Positions 21,396 to 32,553 of a stretch of DNA of 64,000 nucleotides are shown here, piece by piece; position 1 is the stretch's first letter, and every line of letters starts with the position of its first letter. The translations under genes and the position numbers were made by a program. This stretch comes from a bacterium (lineage in GTDB: Bacteria; DUMJ01): assembly GCA_049969715.1 (NCBI GenBank), contig JBMFOH010000009.1, forward strand, positions 850-64,849, read 5' to 3'. The notes beneath the pieces are model-generated. The model did no database searches. It was not told the DNA's origin and saw only the letters and a list, made by a program, of their open reading frames with translations.

Positions 21396-21906
21396 TTAGA
21401 TCAGACCTCCTTACTAAGAGAGTTATCTCTCTTACAAGAAAACTATATATAGGGATAAGAATTATCTGAGATATTACTGCAGGTATCAATATTACACCTA
21501 GAGGCATTCCAAATATAAGATGGAGAGAAAATGGCGTCAAGATGATAGATGTTATAATCTGAGATATCATTATGGGGAAGAAATAGTAGAAAAAAGAATC
21601 CCCTCTCTTCTTTAATGGAAGACTTAAAAGTCCGGGGAGAAGTCCTCTTAGAGTAGAGATGATAGTAAATATAGGTATAAAAGGACCCATAGGGTTTATA
21701 AAGTAGCCAACTACATCTGCTAATGCCCCACATATTGCCCCTTCAACCGGTCCTAGCAAGAAGGAGGCAATAATGATTGGTAATGGACCAAAACCTATCC
21801 TTATCCCCTCAATACCGAGTATAGGAATCCTTATAGATAAGACCCTTGTAAGTATAATACTCATTCCTGTCAAAAACGCTATATAGGTGATATCTCTAAT
21901 CCTCAA
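21382..21906 (-). CDS. ECF transporter S component (possibly folate-type)
   Basis: About 170 aa with six TM segments, typical of an ECF substrate-capture subunit. The folate specificity is guessed from neighbouring folate genes only. Confidence 0.6.
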   Translation of the reverse strand: MRIRDITYIAFLTGMSIILTRVLSIRIPILGIEGIRIGFGPLPIIIASFLLGPVEGAICGALADVVGYFINPMGPFIPIFTIISTLRGLLPGLLSLPLKKRGDSFFYYFFPIMISQIITSIILTPFSLHLIFGMPLGVILIPAVISQIILIPIYSFLVREITLLVRRSDLNEAG

Positions 21907-22003
21907 ACTTTATAACCTCCTTGTATTGATATTTTTACCTTAAATGATTATATCATTAACTTCTGATATAATATACTTATCTTAGAAGAAAGAGGTGAGT
22001 TTA

Positions 22004-23017
22004 ATGGCCAAGGTCTATAATGTTGGGATAGTTGGCCTCTCTCATGACCATATCTGGGGGCTTTTAAAGGATTGGCTTAGTCTAGCCAATATAAAGGTAG
22101 TAGGAGTGGCAGAATCATATGAGCCTTTAAGGGAAAGAGCAAAGAAAGAATTTGGAATTGATAGATTCTATGACACCTATAGGGAACTTATAGATAGAGA
22201 GAGATTAGATATCGTTCAGGTTACCTGCCAGAACAATAAGCATCTTGAGATTACTGAATATGCAGCATCAAAGGGAATAAATGTTATAGTAGAAAAGCCG
22301 ATGGCATCTAATTATGATAGTGCAGTGAAGATGTTAGCCTTAGCTAGATCAAATAATATAAAACTTATGATAAACTGGCCTACGAACTGGAATCCAGGTA
22401 TCCGCTACGCATTAGATATGGCTAAAGAGGGATATATAGGAAAGGTATTTCAGTTTAAATATAGAGCAGGACATAAAGGTCCAAAAGAGATAGGATGTTC
22501 TATCTACTTTTATAGCTGGCTTTATGACCCAGAGAAGAATGGGGCTGGTGCATTTATGGATTTCTGTGGATACGGTGCTCATATGGCAGGATATCTCTTA
22601 GGAAAGCCTCAGAGTATTGTGGGTGTGGGTAAGAATCTGGTTAGGGATTACATATCTGCCGAAGACAATGCCATTCTTATTATGGAGTATGAAAAGGCAA
22701 TAGCAATAGCTGAAGCTACATGGAGTCAGATAGGACCAGTCCCATCAGAGAATCCTGTAATATATGGAAGTGAAGGGACTATTGCTGTAGTGAAAGAAGG
22801 AGTAATACTATATTCTGACAAGAAGGAGCCCCAGTTAATAAAGCCTAGAGAGCTCCCACATGGTGAGAAGAATGCCCCTACCTATTTCTTACACTGTATA
22901 GAGAATAATATATCTCCAGAAGGGCTTTCTTCACCAGATTTAGCCCTTGAGACCCAGAAGATATTAGATAGAGGGCTTAAGAGTATAAGAGAGAAAAAGG
23001 CAGTCCCTTTTGATTAG
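22004..23017 (+). CDS. Gfo/Idh/MocA family oxidoreductase
   Basis: Rossmann motif VGIVGLSHDH and EKP motif. Start re-called to the ATG at 22004, after AGAGGTGAG. Confidence 0.75.
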   Translation: MAKVYNVGIVGLSHDHIWGLLKDWLSLANIKVVGVAESYEPLRERAKKEFGIDRFYDTYRELIDRERLDIVQVTCQNNKHLEITEYAASKGINVIVEKPMASNYDSAVKMLALARSNNIKLMINWPTNWNPGIRYALDMAKEGYIGKVFQFKYRAGHKGPKEIGCSIYFYSWLYDPEKNGAGAFMDFCGYGAHMAGYLLGKPQSIVGVGKNLVRDYISAEDNAILIMEYEKAIAIAEATWSQIGPVPSENPVIYGSEGTIAVVKEGVILYSDKKEPQLIKPRELPHGEKNAPTYFLHCIENNISPEGLSSPDLALETQKILDRGLKSIREKKAVPFD

Positions 23018-23018
23018 C

Positions 23019-24041
23019 TTATCTAAGATGCTCTTTTAGCCATGCATAAGCCTTTCTCCCACTTATCTGATGTCTGCCCTCAAAGATATCTGAGTCTAGT
23101 TTATCTTTGGCGTTGAGGAGCTCATAGGCTTTCCTCACCTTTGATATAGCAAATTCTGTAGCCTCAACAGGGAATATGTCGTCCTTGGTTCCACTTTCGA
23201 TGAGTAGTGCCCTAGGGGCTATAAGTGATGCTATGTCATACATTTCTCCATATTTGAGTATCCCAGGCACATAGTTGCACTCACAGTGTTTTATAGAAAG
23301 TATACTCGTCTTAAACGTATTTAGATAACCGCTTACAACTGCTGCCTTTATCCTTTCATCTATAGCGCTAGAGAATAGAGTCGTCATCCCTCCACCTGAT
23401 ATTCCCATCGTCCCTATAGAATCACTTTTTACTTCTGTTCTTGTCTCTAAATAGTCTATAGCCCTAATGATATCCCATACACGCATCCCTAATACTGTCT
23501 TTCCCAATAAGAGTGCCCAGAATGAGACCTTCCTGCAGGAGGATTGATATTTACCTGCAGCTATATCTTCTGGCTCTCTTCTCTCTCCAAAACAAGCCTG
23601 TTCTATAGCAAATGTTATAAATCCATTTTTGGCTAGTGTTACTCCGAAATCCTTATGATACCCATCAGGGATAGACCTCTCTGTTCCATCCTCCCATATA
23701 CCTACAATATCATCCTTTCCATAGCCATGTCCATGGAGGGCAACCACTGCTGGGGCGGGGAAATGTATATTTTTAGGTATTAGAAGATATCCAACAACAC
23801 TTACATAGGGAGCGCTCTCAAAGATTACCTTTTCTCTTGTATATTCACTAAAATCCTTTCTCTCTGTGATCTCTGGAAAAAGGTCTGTCCTCTCTGGAAA
23901 TCCACCGAGAAGTTCTATAAGCTTCTCTTTGAAGGTTTCCCGCCACTCCTTCCACTCATCTAGGTTCTTTGCTTTAAACTCAAAGACCCTTGGGATGCCG
24001 TACAATTCCTCAAATGGTTTTAATGGTCTAAACTCTCTCAT
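23019..24041 (-). CDS. Alpha/beta-hydrolase (acetyl-xylan-esterase / dienelactone-hydrolase-like)
   Basis: GISGGG nucleophile elbow and the HGHGYGKDD region. Confidence 0.6.
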   Translation of the reverse strand: MREFRPLKPFEELYGIPRVFEFKAKNLDEWKEWRETFKEKLIELLGGFPERTDLFPEITERKDFSEYTREKVIFESAPYVSVVGYLLIPKNIHFPAPAVVALHGHGYGKDDIVGIWEDGTERSIPDGYHKDFGVTLAKNGFITFAIEQACFGERREPEDIAAGKYQSSCRKVSFWALLLGKTVLGMRVWDIIRAIDYLETRTEVKSDSIGTMGISGGGMTTLFSSAIDERIKAAVVSGYLNTFKTSILSIKHCECNYVPGILKYGEMYDIASLIAPRALLIESGTKDDIFPVEATEFAISKVRKAYELLNAKDKLDSDIFEGRHQISGRKAYAWLKEHLR

Positions 24042-24141
24042 TCTATCCTCCTTCTTATAGATTAATATTACTATTAATTATATAGTATAATGTAACTGTT
24101 GAATTGACTCCTCTTGAATAGGGGAGTAAAATAATATAGGT

Positions 24142-25266
24142 ATGGAGAGGGGAGATACTTTAAGAGAGAATATCTTGAGACTTTTTGCCTTCTTCTTTGG
24201 AATAGGAGGTGGTCTATTAAGTTTTATTCTCTATTTCTTCTTTAGTATATTTTCTACAAGGGATTGGCATTTCAAGATTGATATTATCCCTACATTTCTT
24301 ATATTAACATTTTTTGTCTCTGCTATATTCTCCCCCTTTAGAGGTTTTTCTTTAAGAAATTTTCTGGTAGTTTTATCTCTGTATATTACCTATCTATTCC
24401 TAAGGAGAGAAAGATTTTCTCAAAGAACGATTTCTACTGTTATGGACTATTTGATATTGGGAGGATTACTTACTGCCTTTGGAGGGTTTGTAGGATATCT
24501 ATACAATGGAAATTATGCTAACATTCCATTTGTAGGCAAGAATGGATTGGGGACTTTACTGGCTACCATTATCCCTATTAGTCAGATAGAACTTATTAGA
24601 AAGAGGGAGTTATTTTATTATCTGAGCTTTATTATCTTGGTTTCTGGGTTATTACTTTCTATGAGTGAAGGGGCATGGATAGGTTTATGTGTTGCTGAGT
24701 GTATATTTCTTTTCTCTGGCAACAAGAGGATAAAACATAGTGTCTTGGCCGTTATCCTCGTTGTAGCTGTATCCTTGAGCATTTTTTCCTTTCATTCAAT
24801 TCTTACCCAAAATAGCCTCCTTCCTTTTTTGTCTTCCAGGATTAGTCTGGATTCATCTTCTAAGATAGAGAGGATCTATATATGGGAGGCAAGCTGGAGG
24901 ATCTTTAAAGACCACCCTATATTTGGGGTAGGAATAGGGTCATTCTCTCTCATATATCCTAGATATAGGTTGCCACAAGCACATGAACTAAATATAGCTT
25001 TCGCTCATGACCTCCCACTAAACCTACTAGTAGAAACAGGCACATTGGGTTTCTTTGCCTTTTTCCTCTTTTTATTTGACATATATAAGAGAGGAATAGC
25101 CCTTTTGAAAAGGGCTGGTAACAGGGAGATTATCCTTGCTATCATTGCTAGCTTTACTGCCTATATGGTTCATCAATTGTTTGATGGGACTATGTGGTCA
25201 TTGCACATAGGAATAGGATTCTGGTTTATGGGGGCTTTGATCTTGAACCTATATGAAAAGATATAA
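24142..25266 (+). CDS. O-antigen ligase (Wzy_C) family membrane protein
   Basis: Polytopic protein with the Wzy_C-like loop IWEASWRIFKDHPIFGVGIGSF. Confidence 0.55.
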   Translation: MERGDTLRENILRLFAFFFGIGGGLLSFILYFFFSIFSTRDWHFKIDIIPTFLILTFFVSAIFSPFRGFSLRNFLVVLSLYITYLFLRRERFSQRTISTVMDYLILGGLLTAFGGFVGYLYNGNYANIPFVGKNGLGTLLATIIPISQIELIRKRELFYYLSFIILVSGLLLSMSEGAWIGLCVAECIFLFSGNKRIKHSVLAVILVVAVSLSIFSFHSILTQNSLLPFLSSRISLDSSSKIERIYIWEASWRIFKDHPIFGVGIGSFSLIYPRYRLPQAHELNIAFAHDLPLNLLVETGTLGFFAFFLFLFDIYKRGIALLKRAGNREIILAIIASFTAYMVHQLFDGTMWSLHIGIGFWFMGALILNLYEKI

Positions 25267-26320
25267 GATTCTATATCTGATGCCTTATTTAAATCTGGGG
25301 GGGACAGAGGCACATGTTTTAGAACTAGCTAAGGGCGTGATGCCTCAGTACGAGGTATTTCTAGTAGGACCAAGGGGTAAAGCAGTACCTCTTTTTAAAG
25401 AGCTTGAGATTCAATATATAGAGATTCCAGAGCTTACCCCGTTTACTGTAAGAAGTTATTGGAAGAATCTAGATAAGGTTTTAAAAGAGGTGTCTCCTGA
25501 TATTATCCATACCCATGGAAGATATGAACCTGTTTTTGCCTCGAAATACATATCCCCATCAACACCCGTGATATTTACCTGTCATGGCTATGGGACAAAT
25601 TATCCTTGGATAGACTATAGCTTCTCTGCCTACATAGGTAATAGATGGGCAGATAGAGTGATTGCAGTATCAAATTATGATAGGGACTTCCTTGTGAGAA
25701 GGGGGCTAGACCAGAATAAGATTTCGGTTATCTATAATGGTATCTCAGAGGTAAACGAAAAAAAACCTTTACCTATTTCACTAAAGGGATTAGTAATAGG
25801 CACAGCAGCAAGGCTGACAAAGATAAAAGGAATAAACTATCTTATAGGGGCGTTTAATTTTCTAGTAAAGAAGTATAAGGATTTAAATCTAGCAATATTA
25901 GGAGAGGGTGAGGAAAAGAGAAGTTTAGAATGTTTAACAGAAAAATTGGGAATAAAAGATAGTGTTCATTTTTTAGGTGGCATACCAAATGCCAAGAGTT
26001 ATTTTCCAAATTTTGATATATTTGTCCTACCATCTCTAATGGATTTTTTGCCAATCTCAATAATAGAAGCGCTTTCCACAGGCAGGGCAGTAGTAGCCAC
26101 AAAGGTAGGTGGAATACCTGAGATAATAGAGGATGGTAAGAGCGGGATATTAGTACCTGCTAGAGATAGTAGGGTCTTAGCAGAGGCTATAGAGGCACTT
26201 ATAGTAGATAGTGGTTTAAGGGAGAGGATAGGCGAGAATGGATATAAGAGGTTTAAAGAGGGATTCTCAATAAGTAGGATGGTAGAAAGAACTAACGAGA
26301 TATACAAGAGTCTCCTATGA
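25253..26320 (+). CDS. Glycosyltransferase family 4
   Basis: GT4 C-terminal domain with the E-x7-E region; overlaps neighbouring genes. Confidence 0.75.
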   Translation: MKRYKILYLMPYLNLGGTEAHVLELAKGVMPQYEVFLVGPRGKAVPLFKELEIQYIEIPELTPFTVRSYWKNLDKVLKEVSPDIIHTHGRYEPVFASKYISPSTPVIFTCHGYGTNYPWIDYSFSAYIGNRWADRVIAVSNYDRDFLVRRGLDQNKISVIYNGISEVNEKKPLPISLKGLVIGTAARLTKIKGINYLIGAFNFLVKKYKDLNLAILGEGEEKRSLECLTEKLGIKDSVHFLGGIPNAKSYFPNFDIFVLPSLMDFLPISIIEALSTGRAVVATKVGGIPEIIEDGKSGILVPARDSRVLAEAIEALIVDSGLRERIGENGYKRFKEGFSISRMVERTNEIYKSLL

Positions 26321-27231
26321 AGATTCCAGTCATAGTGATAGGTGGACCCACTGCCTCTGGTAAGTCTCAATTAGCCCTTGAGTGGGCTTCTAGATTGGAA
26401 GGAGAGATTGTTTCTAGTGATTCTAGACAGGTGTATAAATTTATGGATATAGGTACAGCCAAACCTACCTTAGAAGAGAGGGCATATGTTCCCCACCATC
26501 TTCTAGATATCATATATCCTGATCAAACGATGTCAGCAGGAGAATATCAGAAGTTGGCAAGAAATACAATTAAAGGGGTCTATAACAGAGGAAAGATTCC
26601 ATTTATAGTAGGAGGAACAGGTCTATATATCAGGGCTACAATAAGAGACATAGAGTTCCCTCCAAAGGTAGACGAGATTATTAGAAGCAAGATAAGGGAG
26701 ATGATAAGAGAGAGAGGATTGGATGTTCTTTATAAGGAACTTTACCATATAGACCCTATATCAGCCGCTAAGATAATGCCAACTGATGAGGTAAGGATAA
26801 CTAGAGCTTTAGAGGTATACTATGGTACAGGTAGAACTATGTCCTCATATCATAAGGGTATAGAGAAAGATTATCCTGAATATGAGATAACATATATAGT
26901 TTTAAACCCTCCAAGAGATGTTCTTTATAGAAGAATTGAAGAGAGGGTAGATAGGATGATAGAATTAGGACTTATAGAGGAGACGAAGGATATACTAGAT
27001 ATGGGGTTTAGTCCAGAGCTTCCCTCCTTGCAAACTCTTGGGTATAGAGAGATAATAAAATATCTTAAGGGTATATACAGTCTAGATGAGGCTATAGATG
27101 AGATAAAGAAAGAAACTAGACATTATGCAAAGAGACAGCTTACCTGGTTTAGAAATGAAGTAAGAGTAAGACTAGTCTCATACGAGGAGGTAAAGGATGT
27201 ATTTTGTGAAATCTCACGGTATAGGAAATGA
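26317..27231 (+). CDS. miaA: tRNA dimethylallyltransferase
   Basis: P-loop GPTASGKS and the MiaA fold. Confidence 0.9.
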   Translation: MKIPVIVIGGPTASGKSQLALEWASRLEGEIVSSDSRQVYKFMDIGTAKPTLEERAYVPHHLLDIIYPDQTMSAGEYQKLARNTIKGVYNRGKIPFIVGGTGLYIRATIRDIEFPPKVDEIIRSKIREMIRERGLDVLYKELYHIDPISAAKIMPTDEVRITRALEVYYGTGRTMSSYHKGIEKDYPEYEITYIVLNPPRDVLYRRIEERVDRMIELGLIEETKDILDMGFSPELPSLQTLGYREIIKYLKGIYSLDEAIDEIKKETRHYAKRQLTWFRNEVRVRLVSYEEVKDVFCEISRYRK

Positions 27232-27994
27232 CTTTGTGATATTAGAAGGTGTGGAGGGTTTTGACCTTAGAGAACTTAGTAGGTTCCTCTGTGATAGACA
27301 TTTTGGCATAGGTTCTGATGGAATCCTTGTGTATGGTCCTTCGGAGATTGGGGATTTTAAAATGCGTATCTTTAATCCTGACGGTTCAGAAGCAGAGATG
27401 TGTGGAAACGGGATAAGATGTATAACACAGTATGCATATAAGAAATCTCCTAAGAGATTCTATAAGGTAGAGACTAAGGCTGGTGTATTAGATTGTGAGG
27501 TTACTTTAACAGACCCATTTATGGTGAAGGTAAATATGGGTAGACCTAGAGATATAAAGAGACATCAATTGAATTTAAGCGGAGAATATTTGGATCTGAC
27601 TTTAGTCTCTATGGGGAATCCTCATGCTGTAAGATTTACAGATGATGTTTCAAGTGTTTGTACAAAAGAACTAGGCCCAAGGATAGAGAATCACCCCGAT
27701 TTCCCTGAGAGGACCAATGTAGAGTTTGTAGAGGTAAAAGATAAAACCCATCTATTGGTAAAGGTATGGGAGAGGGGGGCAGGAGAAACGCTAGCCTGTG
27801 GAACGGGTGCCTGTGCTTCTGTTGTGGCTAGTATAACAAATGGATTTACTGAAAATTTAGTAGAGGTTACTTTACCAGGGGGAAGATTAAATATAGAGTG
27901 GAGGGGTGATTTTATATTTATGGAGGGTCCTACTGAGGAGATATTTAGAGGAGAGATGGATAATGATTATTTGGAGACTAAACTACGGAGGTAA
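27197..27994 (+). CDS. dapF: Diaminopimelate epimerase
   Basis: [10 protein letters not shown] motif and catalytic cysteines ([16 protein letters not shown]). Confidence 0.9.
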   Translation: MYFVKSHGIGNDFVILEGVEGFDLRELSRFLCDRHFGIGSDGILVYGPSEIGDFKMRIFNPDGSEAEMCGNGIRCITQYAYKKSPKRFYKVETKAGVLDCEVTLTDPFMVKVNMGRPRDIKRHQLNLSGEYLDLTLVSMGNPHAVRFTDDVSSVCTKELGPRIENHPDFPERTNVEFVEVKDKTHLLVKVWERGAGETLACGTGACASVVASITNGFTENLVEVTLPGGRLNIEWRGDFIFMEGPTEEIFRGEMDNDYLETKLRR

Positions 27995-27996
27995 GG

Positions 27997-29169
27997 ATGA
28001 TAAGAAAAGCGAAGAGATTAGATAATATACCCCCATATCTTTTTGCTGAGATAGACAAAAAGAAGGAAGAGGCTATAAAGAGAGGGGTAAAGGTGCTAAA
28101 TTTAGGGATAGGGGATCCAGATCTACCAACGCCTCCCCATATAGTTGATGCCCTCTATGAGGCAGCAAAGATTACTAGTAACCAGAAGTATCCTCCCTAT
28201 GAGGGAACGAAAGAGTTTAGAAAGGCTGTTGTAGAATGGTTTGAGAGAAGATTTAATGTGTCACTTGACCCGGAAAAGGAGGTAATTGCTCTTATAGGTT
28301 CAAAAGAAGGCATCGCCCACATCTTTCTTTCCTTTGTAGACCCTGGAGATATTACCCTCATCCCTGATCCTGGATACCCTGTATATAAGGTGGCTACTAT
28401 TCTAGCTGGTGGTATACCTTATACCTTCCCTCTAAAGCCAGGTACATACCTACCTGATTTTTCAAAGATCCCTGAAGAGGTAGCTAGAAAAGCTAGGTTG
28501 CTCTTTTTGAACTATCCAAACAACCCTACAGCAGGGGTGGCAGATCTCTCTGTATTTGAAGAGGCGGTGGAATTTGCAAAGAGATATGATATTATCATCT
28601 GCCATGATAATGCCTATTCAGAGGTAACTTTTGACGGATTTGTTGCTCCGAGTATCCTTGAGGTGAAAGGGGCAAAGGATATTGCTATAGAATTTCATTC
28701 TCTCTCTAAGACCTACAATATGACAGGTTGGAGGATAGGTTATGCAGTAGGAAATAGAGAGATAATAGAGGGTCTCTCTATAGTAAAGACAAATGTTGAT
28801 TCTGGTGTGTTTATGGCTATTCAATCTGCAGGTGTTACTGCCCTTAAAGGACCTCAAAATGTAGTAGAAGAGAATAAAAGAGTTATATCTAAAAGAAGAG
28901 ATATATTTATAGAGGGCTTAAAGAGATTAGGATGGAATATAAGTCCTACCAAGGGAACATTCTATCTTTGGGTATCTATCCCTAAAAATTTTAGCTCCTC
29001 TATAGATTTTGCAGGGTTTTTATTAGATAAGACTGGGATAGTTGTTCCTCCTGGAATAGGATATGGAGAGAATGGAGAGGGATATTTCCGCATAGCCCTT
29101 ACAGTAGAAGAGTCTGTACTGAGAGAAGCTTTGAAGAGAATGGAAGAGGCAGGAATAAGAGGAGATTGA
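27997..29169 (+). CDS. Class I PLP aminotransferase, probably LL-diaminopimelate aminotransferase
   Basis: [13 protein letters not shown] lysine region. Adjacency to dapF suggests a DapL-type enzyme. Confidence 0.55.
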   Translation: MIRKAKRLDNIPPYLFAEIDKKKEEAIKRGVKVLNLGIGDPDLPTPPHIVDALYEAAKITSNQKYPPYEGTKEFRKAVVEWFERRFNVSLDPEKEVIALIGSKEGIAHIFLSFVDPGDITLIPDPGYPVYKVATILAGGIPYTFPLKPGTYLPDFSKIPEEVARKARLLFLNYPNNPTAGVADLSVFEEAVEFAKRYDIIICHDNAYSEVTFDGFVAPSILEVKGAKDIAIEFHSLSKTYNMTGWRIGYAVGNREIIEGLSIVKTNVDSGVFMAIQSAGVTALKGPQNVVEENKRVISKRRDIFIEGLKRLGWNISPTKGTFYLWVSIPKNFSSSIDFAGFLLDKTGIVVPPGIGYGENGEGYFRIALTVEESVLREALKRMEEAGIRGD

Positions 29170-30383
29170 TGGACCTTGATGAGATTGTAAAAGAGGCTGA
29201 GTACGTCTGTAGACCAAGGCTTGATGAGATCGAAAAGATATCTAAGAGGAATGAACTTAAGGTCCTTGATGCATTTAGGACTGCCGAGGTAGATGAGTAT
29301 ACAGTCTCATTTAGAGGAACAGGATATGGATATAACGATAGGGGAAGAGAAATCCTTTCGAGGGTTTTTTCTCTCTCTTTAGGAGCTGAGGATGCCATAG
29401 TGTTACCCCAGATCATTTCTGGGACTCATGCTATATCTAGTATATTTTTTTCTCTCTTGAGACCAAAGGACATAATCCTTTCTCTCACAGGACCTGTATA
29501 TGACACCTTAGTTGAGGTGATAGATACCTTAAGAGAGTGGGGGATAAGATATTATGAGGTTCCATTCGAGAAGAGAGCTGATGTAAGATATATTGATTCC
29601 CTCTTAGATGAGGTTCCAAGGGTTATATTTATCCAACGTTCCTGTGGATATAATTGGTCTAGAAGTTCTCTCACTATAGATGAGATAGGGAGTTTAATCT
29701 ATAATATAAAGAGGATCTTTAAAGAAAGTATAGTTTTAGTAGATAACTGTTATGGAGAGTTTGTGGAAGATAGTGAGCCATTAGAGGTAGGAGCGGATGT
29801 AATTGTAGGGTCTTTGATAAAGGGAATTGGAGGGAATATTGCCCCTACCGGTGCTTATATTGGGGGAAAGAAGAGTATTATAGAGCTTATAGGAGAATGT
29901 CTTACTGCTCCAGGTCAAGGCATAGATATAGGTCCTACGTTAGGCATTCAGAGAGAGATCCTACAAGGTTTATTGTTTGCTCCTCATTTTGTGGCAGAAT
30001 CATTGAAAGGATTAACAATAGGCGCCTATATATTGGAAAGGCTTGGTTTCGATGTTCTACCTAGATGGAACGAGAAGCGAGGGGATGGTGTCCAGAGGGT
30101 TATTCTAAAAGATGAGAATACTCTTATTAGATTTCTACAAGGGATACAGAGAGCTTGTCCTATAAATTCACATTATATACCTGAACCTCAAGACCTCCCA
30201 GGGTATGATGCTCCGGTCATTTTAGCGGGAGGAGGATTTGTCCAGGGTTCTACTGGAGAGTTTAGCGCAGATGGAATATTAAAACCCCCCTACATTGCAT
30301 TTATTCAGGGCGGATATTCCTCTAACCAGGTAGAGAATGGTATAATAAAGGGTATAGAAAGAATATTTAAGGAGGGGAAATGA
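29166..30383 (+). CDS. PLP-dependent methionine gamma-lyase family protein (YnbB / aluminium-resistance family)
   Basis: Similarity to the N-terminus and fold of the YnbB-like family. Confidence 0.55.
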   Translation: MMDLDEIVKEAEYVCRPRLDEIEKISKRNELKVLDAFRTAEVDEYTVSFRGTGYGYNDRGREILSRVFSLSLGAEDAIVLPQIISGTHAISSIFFSLLRPKDIILSLTGPVYDTLVEVIDTLREWGIRYYEVPFEKRADVRYIDSLLDEVPRVIFIQRSCGYNWSRSSLTIDEIGSLIYNIKRIFKESIVLVDNCYGEFVEDSEPLEVGADVIVGSLIKGIGGNIAPTGAYIGGKKSIIELIGECLTAPGQGIDIGPTLGIQREILQGLLFAPHFVAESLKGLTIGAYILERLGFDVLPRWNEKRGDGVQRVILKDENTLIRFLQGIQRACPINSHYIPEPQDLPGYDAPVILAGGGFVQGSTGEFSADGILKPPYIAFIQGGYSSNQVENGIIKGIERIFKEGK

Positions 30384-31444
30384 GAAGGATATCAAGTCTT
30401 ATTATAATAGCTTCCTTTTTGCTTGAATTGTTCCCAGGTAATGTTATTAATGCTCAGGGAAGATTGAAGATTGGACTTATCGGTGTATTCTCAGATGAGA
30501 AAGAGCTGGTTTCTTTTAGTAATTTAGTTATCCCTATATTTTCTACCAGTAAGTTCTTTGCTTGGGAAAAGGTTAGCCCAGATATTCCTTTCTCTAACTT
30601 CTGGGGCATAGCAAGGGTTAACGCAAAGTTTATTCACAACAAAGCTAATGTTACTGGAAGTTTTAAGGTCTCTATAGTAGACCCCTTATCTAACGTAGAG
30701 ATGTTTGTATTGGAATCCTCTGGAATAAGTTCTGTATCTTCAGAGCCTATTACAACCTGGGAGCCTTTAGAAAAGGAGGCTTTCCTTAATGGAATTTCTA
30801 ACCTCTCCCAAAGGTTAGATGACCTATGGAAGAGTAATAAGGTAATTACTTACTACGAGGATAACGCCTTTGAATGTGATATAGGAAGGTCCTCTGGAAT
30901 CTTAGAAGGAAGTATATTGAGTGTCTTTAGAAACGATAGACTGGTGGCTAAAGGCAAGGTAACGAGCCTAGACAATAAGGTAAGCAAGGCAGAGGTTGTT
31001 TATAAAGGTGATGGATATCCTCCACAGCTTGGAGATACGGTAAGGGTTGCCTATGTACCTCCTTCGCCTGAGGTTTCCTTTGTTAATCAGGTTATCCCTA
31101 TTCTAAATGCTATGGTAGGGATAGCAATTCTAGCTGGACTTGTTGTCCTTTATAACTCAGCCAAGGCAGCTACACCGTGGATAGACCTCATATCTCCAGA
31201 TAATAGCAGTTCTTTTCACTCAGGAGACCAGATAAAGTTCACATGGATTACAAATGATACCACTATCCAACAGTATGACCTAGTAATAGATGGAAACCAT
31301 AATTTTCCTATAACTGATAAATATTATAATTATACTGCTCCAGTTGTGTTAACATCGACCTCATATTCCTGGAAGGTGGTGGGTTATAGAGGAGATGGCA
31401 CTAAGGTAGAGAGTGAAACGAGGACATTCACTGTAAATCCATAA
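30380..31444 (+). CDS. Hypothetical secreted/membrane protein
   Basis: Signal peptide, one internal TM segment near residue 240, and a C-terminal domain of about 110 aa. Confidence 0.5.
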   Translation: MRRISSLIIIASFLLELFPGNVINAQGRLKIGLIGVFSDEKELVSFSNLVIPIFSTSKFFAWEKVSPDIPFSNFWGIARVNAKFIHNKANVTGSFKVSIVDPLSNVEMFVLESSGISSVSSEPITTWEPLEKEAFLNGISNLSQRLDDLWKSNKVITYYEDNAFECDIGRSSGILEGSILSVFRNDRLVAKGKVTSLDNKVSKAEVVYKGDGYPPQLGDTVRVAYVPPSPEVSFVNQVIPILNAMVGIAILAGLVVLYNSAKAATPWIDLISPDNSSSFHSGDQIKFTWITNDTTIQQYDLVIDGNHNFPITDKYYNYTAPVVLTSTSYSWKVVGYRGDGTKVESETRTFTVNP

Positions 31445-32544
31445 TGAGATTATACCTTTATATAGTGTATTTGCCTATTCTCCTTACGGTGTTTCCTTTG
31501 CTAGTTCTTGCTAGCAGTATTAGAGGAGATACAGTAGATTTTTATCCTTCCAATTTAGAGATAAGAGGTGTTGGTAATGCTATATGGGAGGATGAGGATT
31601 TAATTATCTATGGGGATGTAATCATAGTAGATTTGGTTACAGGTAATGTTGTGGCATTTGGGAATGTTACAGTAGAAAATGATAATAGAAAGGAATACTA
31701 TGATGTCTTTTCAATGAAGGGCTTGAATCTAAATATAATTGAGGGACCTGTTATTCCATATATATCGGCAAAGGAGATAGACATAGATTGGAGAACAACT
31801 ACTATAACGTTGAAAGATGTAAGGATATCTCAGGATATTATCCTTCCCGTTCTTTCTATGCCTTTTGGTCCATATAGCTCTGGGGTGAATTTTGCTTTTT
31901 CTAAAGATGAGACCATATCTCTTGATACAAGTTCTCCTTACATCCTCATTAATCTCCCCTATGAGGGTGGAATATTTACAGAGGTATTAAATCAAACAGG
32001 GATGGATATCCTGTATCAGAAAGAAGATTATTACTTTATAGGCTTGAAGGCACACATTGATAGTGATATAGTCTTGTTTGGAGAGTATACCTTTTATTTT
32101 GATGATAACTCCTTAGGTTTTACCCTGGGATATAATGGTTTCTTTTATACTGGATTTAAAAAAGAGGTCCGAGATGGTCTATGGAGATATATAGAGAAGG
32201 GTACTATAGATTGGAAGGCTTTCCCTAAGGTTCTTTTTTCTATAGAAGCATCCAAATGGGATAGATTGATTCTAAAGGGAGAATTTTCTATAGATACAGG
32301 TACTGGAGGTATCATTTTTAAACCTTATATTGGCTATAAAACAGATATTTCTAAAGATTTGACCCTAAATGTTTGTCTCTCTAGCGTAGGTATAGATAAT
32401 ATAGCTATTATATATCATTTTCAGCCATCGCTAAACTTAAGGCTTGGATATATAAATCCTCAGACGGTTGTATTTGGAGCTGATTGGGGCTACAGGAGCC
32501 TGGATATAGAGTATAATAATAATCTGAATATAATCCTAAAATAG
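31444..32544 (+). CDS. Hypothetical secreted protein with an OstA/LptA-like N-terminal beta-jellyroll (tentative)
   Basis: Signal peptide, then GDTVDFYPSNLEIRGVGNAIWEDEDLIIYGDVII, which resembles the OstA-like fold. Confidence 0.4.
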   Translation: MRLYLYIVYLPILLTVFPLLVLASSIRGDTVDFYPSNLEIRGVGNAIWEDEDLIIYGDVIIVDLVTGNVVAFGNVTVENDNRKEYYDVFSMKGLNLNIIEGPVIPYISAKEIDIDWRTTTITLKDVRISQDIILPVLSMPFGPYSSGVNFAFSKDETISLDTSSPYILINLPYEGGIFTEVLNQTGMDILYQKEDYYFIGLKAHIDSDIVLFGEYTFYFDDNSLGFTLGYNGFFYTGFKKEVRDGLWRYIEKGTIDWKAFPKVLFSIEASKWDRLILKGEFSIDTGTGGIIFKPYIGYKTDISKDLTLNVCLSSVGIDNIAIIYHFQPSLNLRLGYINPQTVVFGADWGYRSLDIEYNNNLNIILK

Positions 32545-32553
32545 GAGGTTTAT

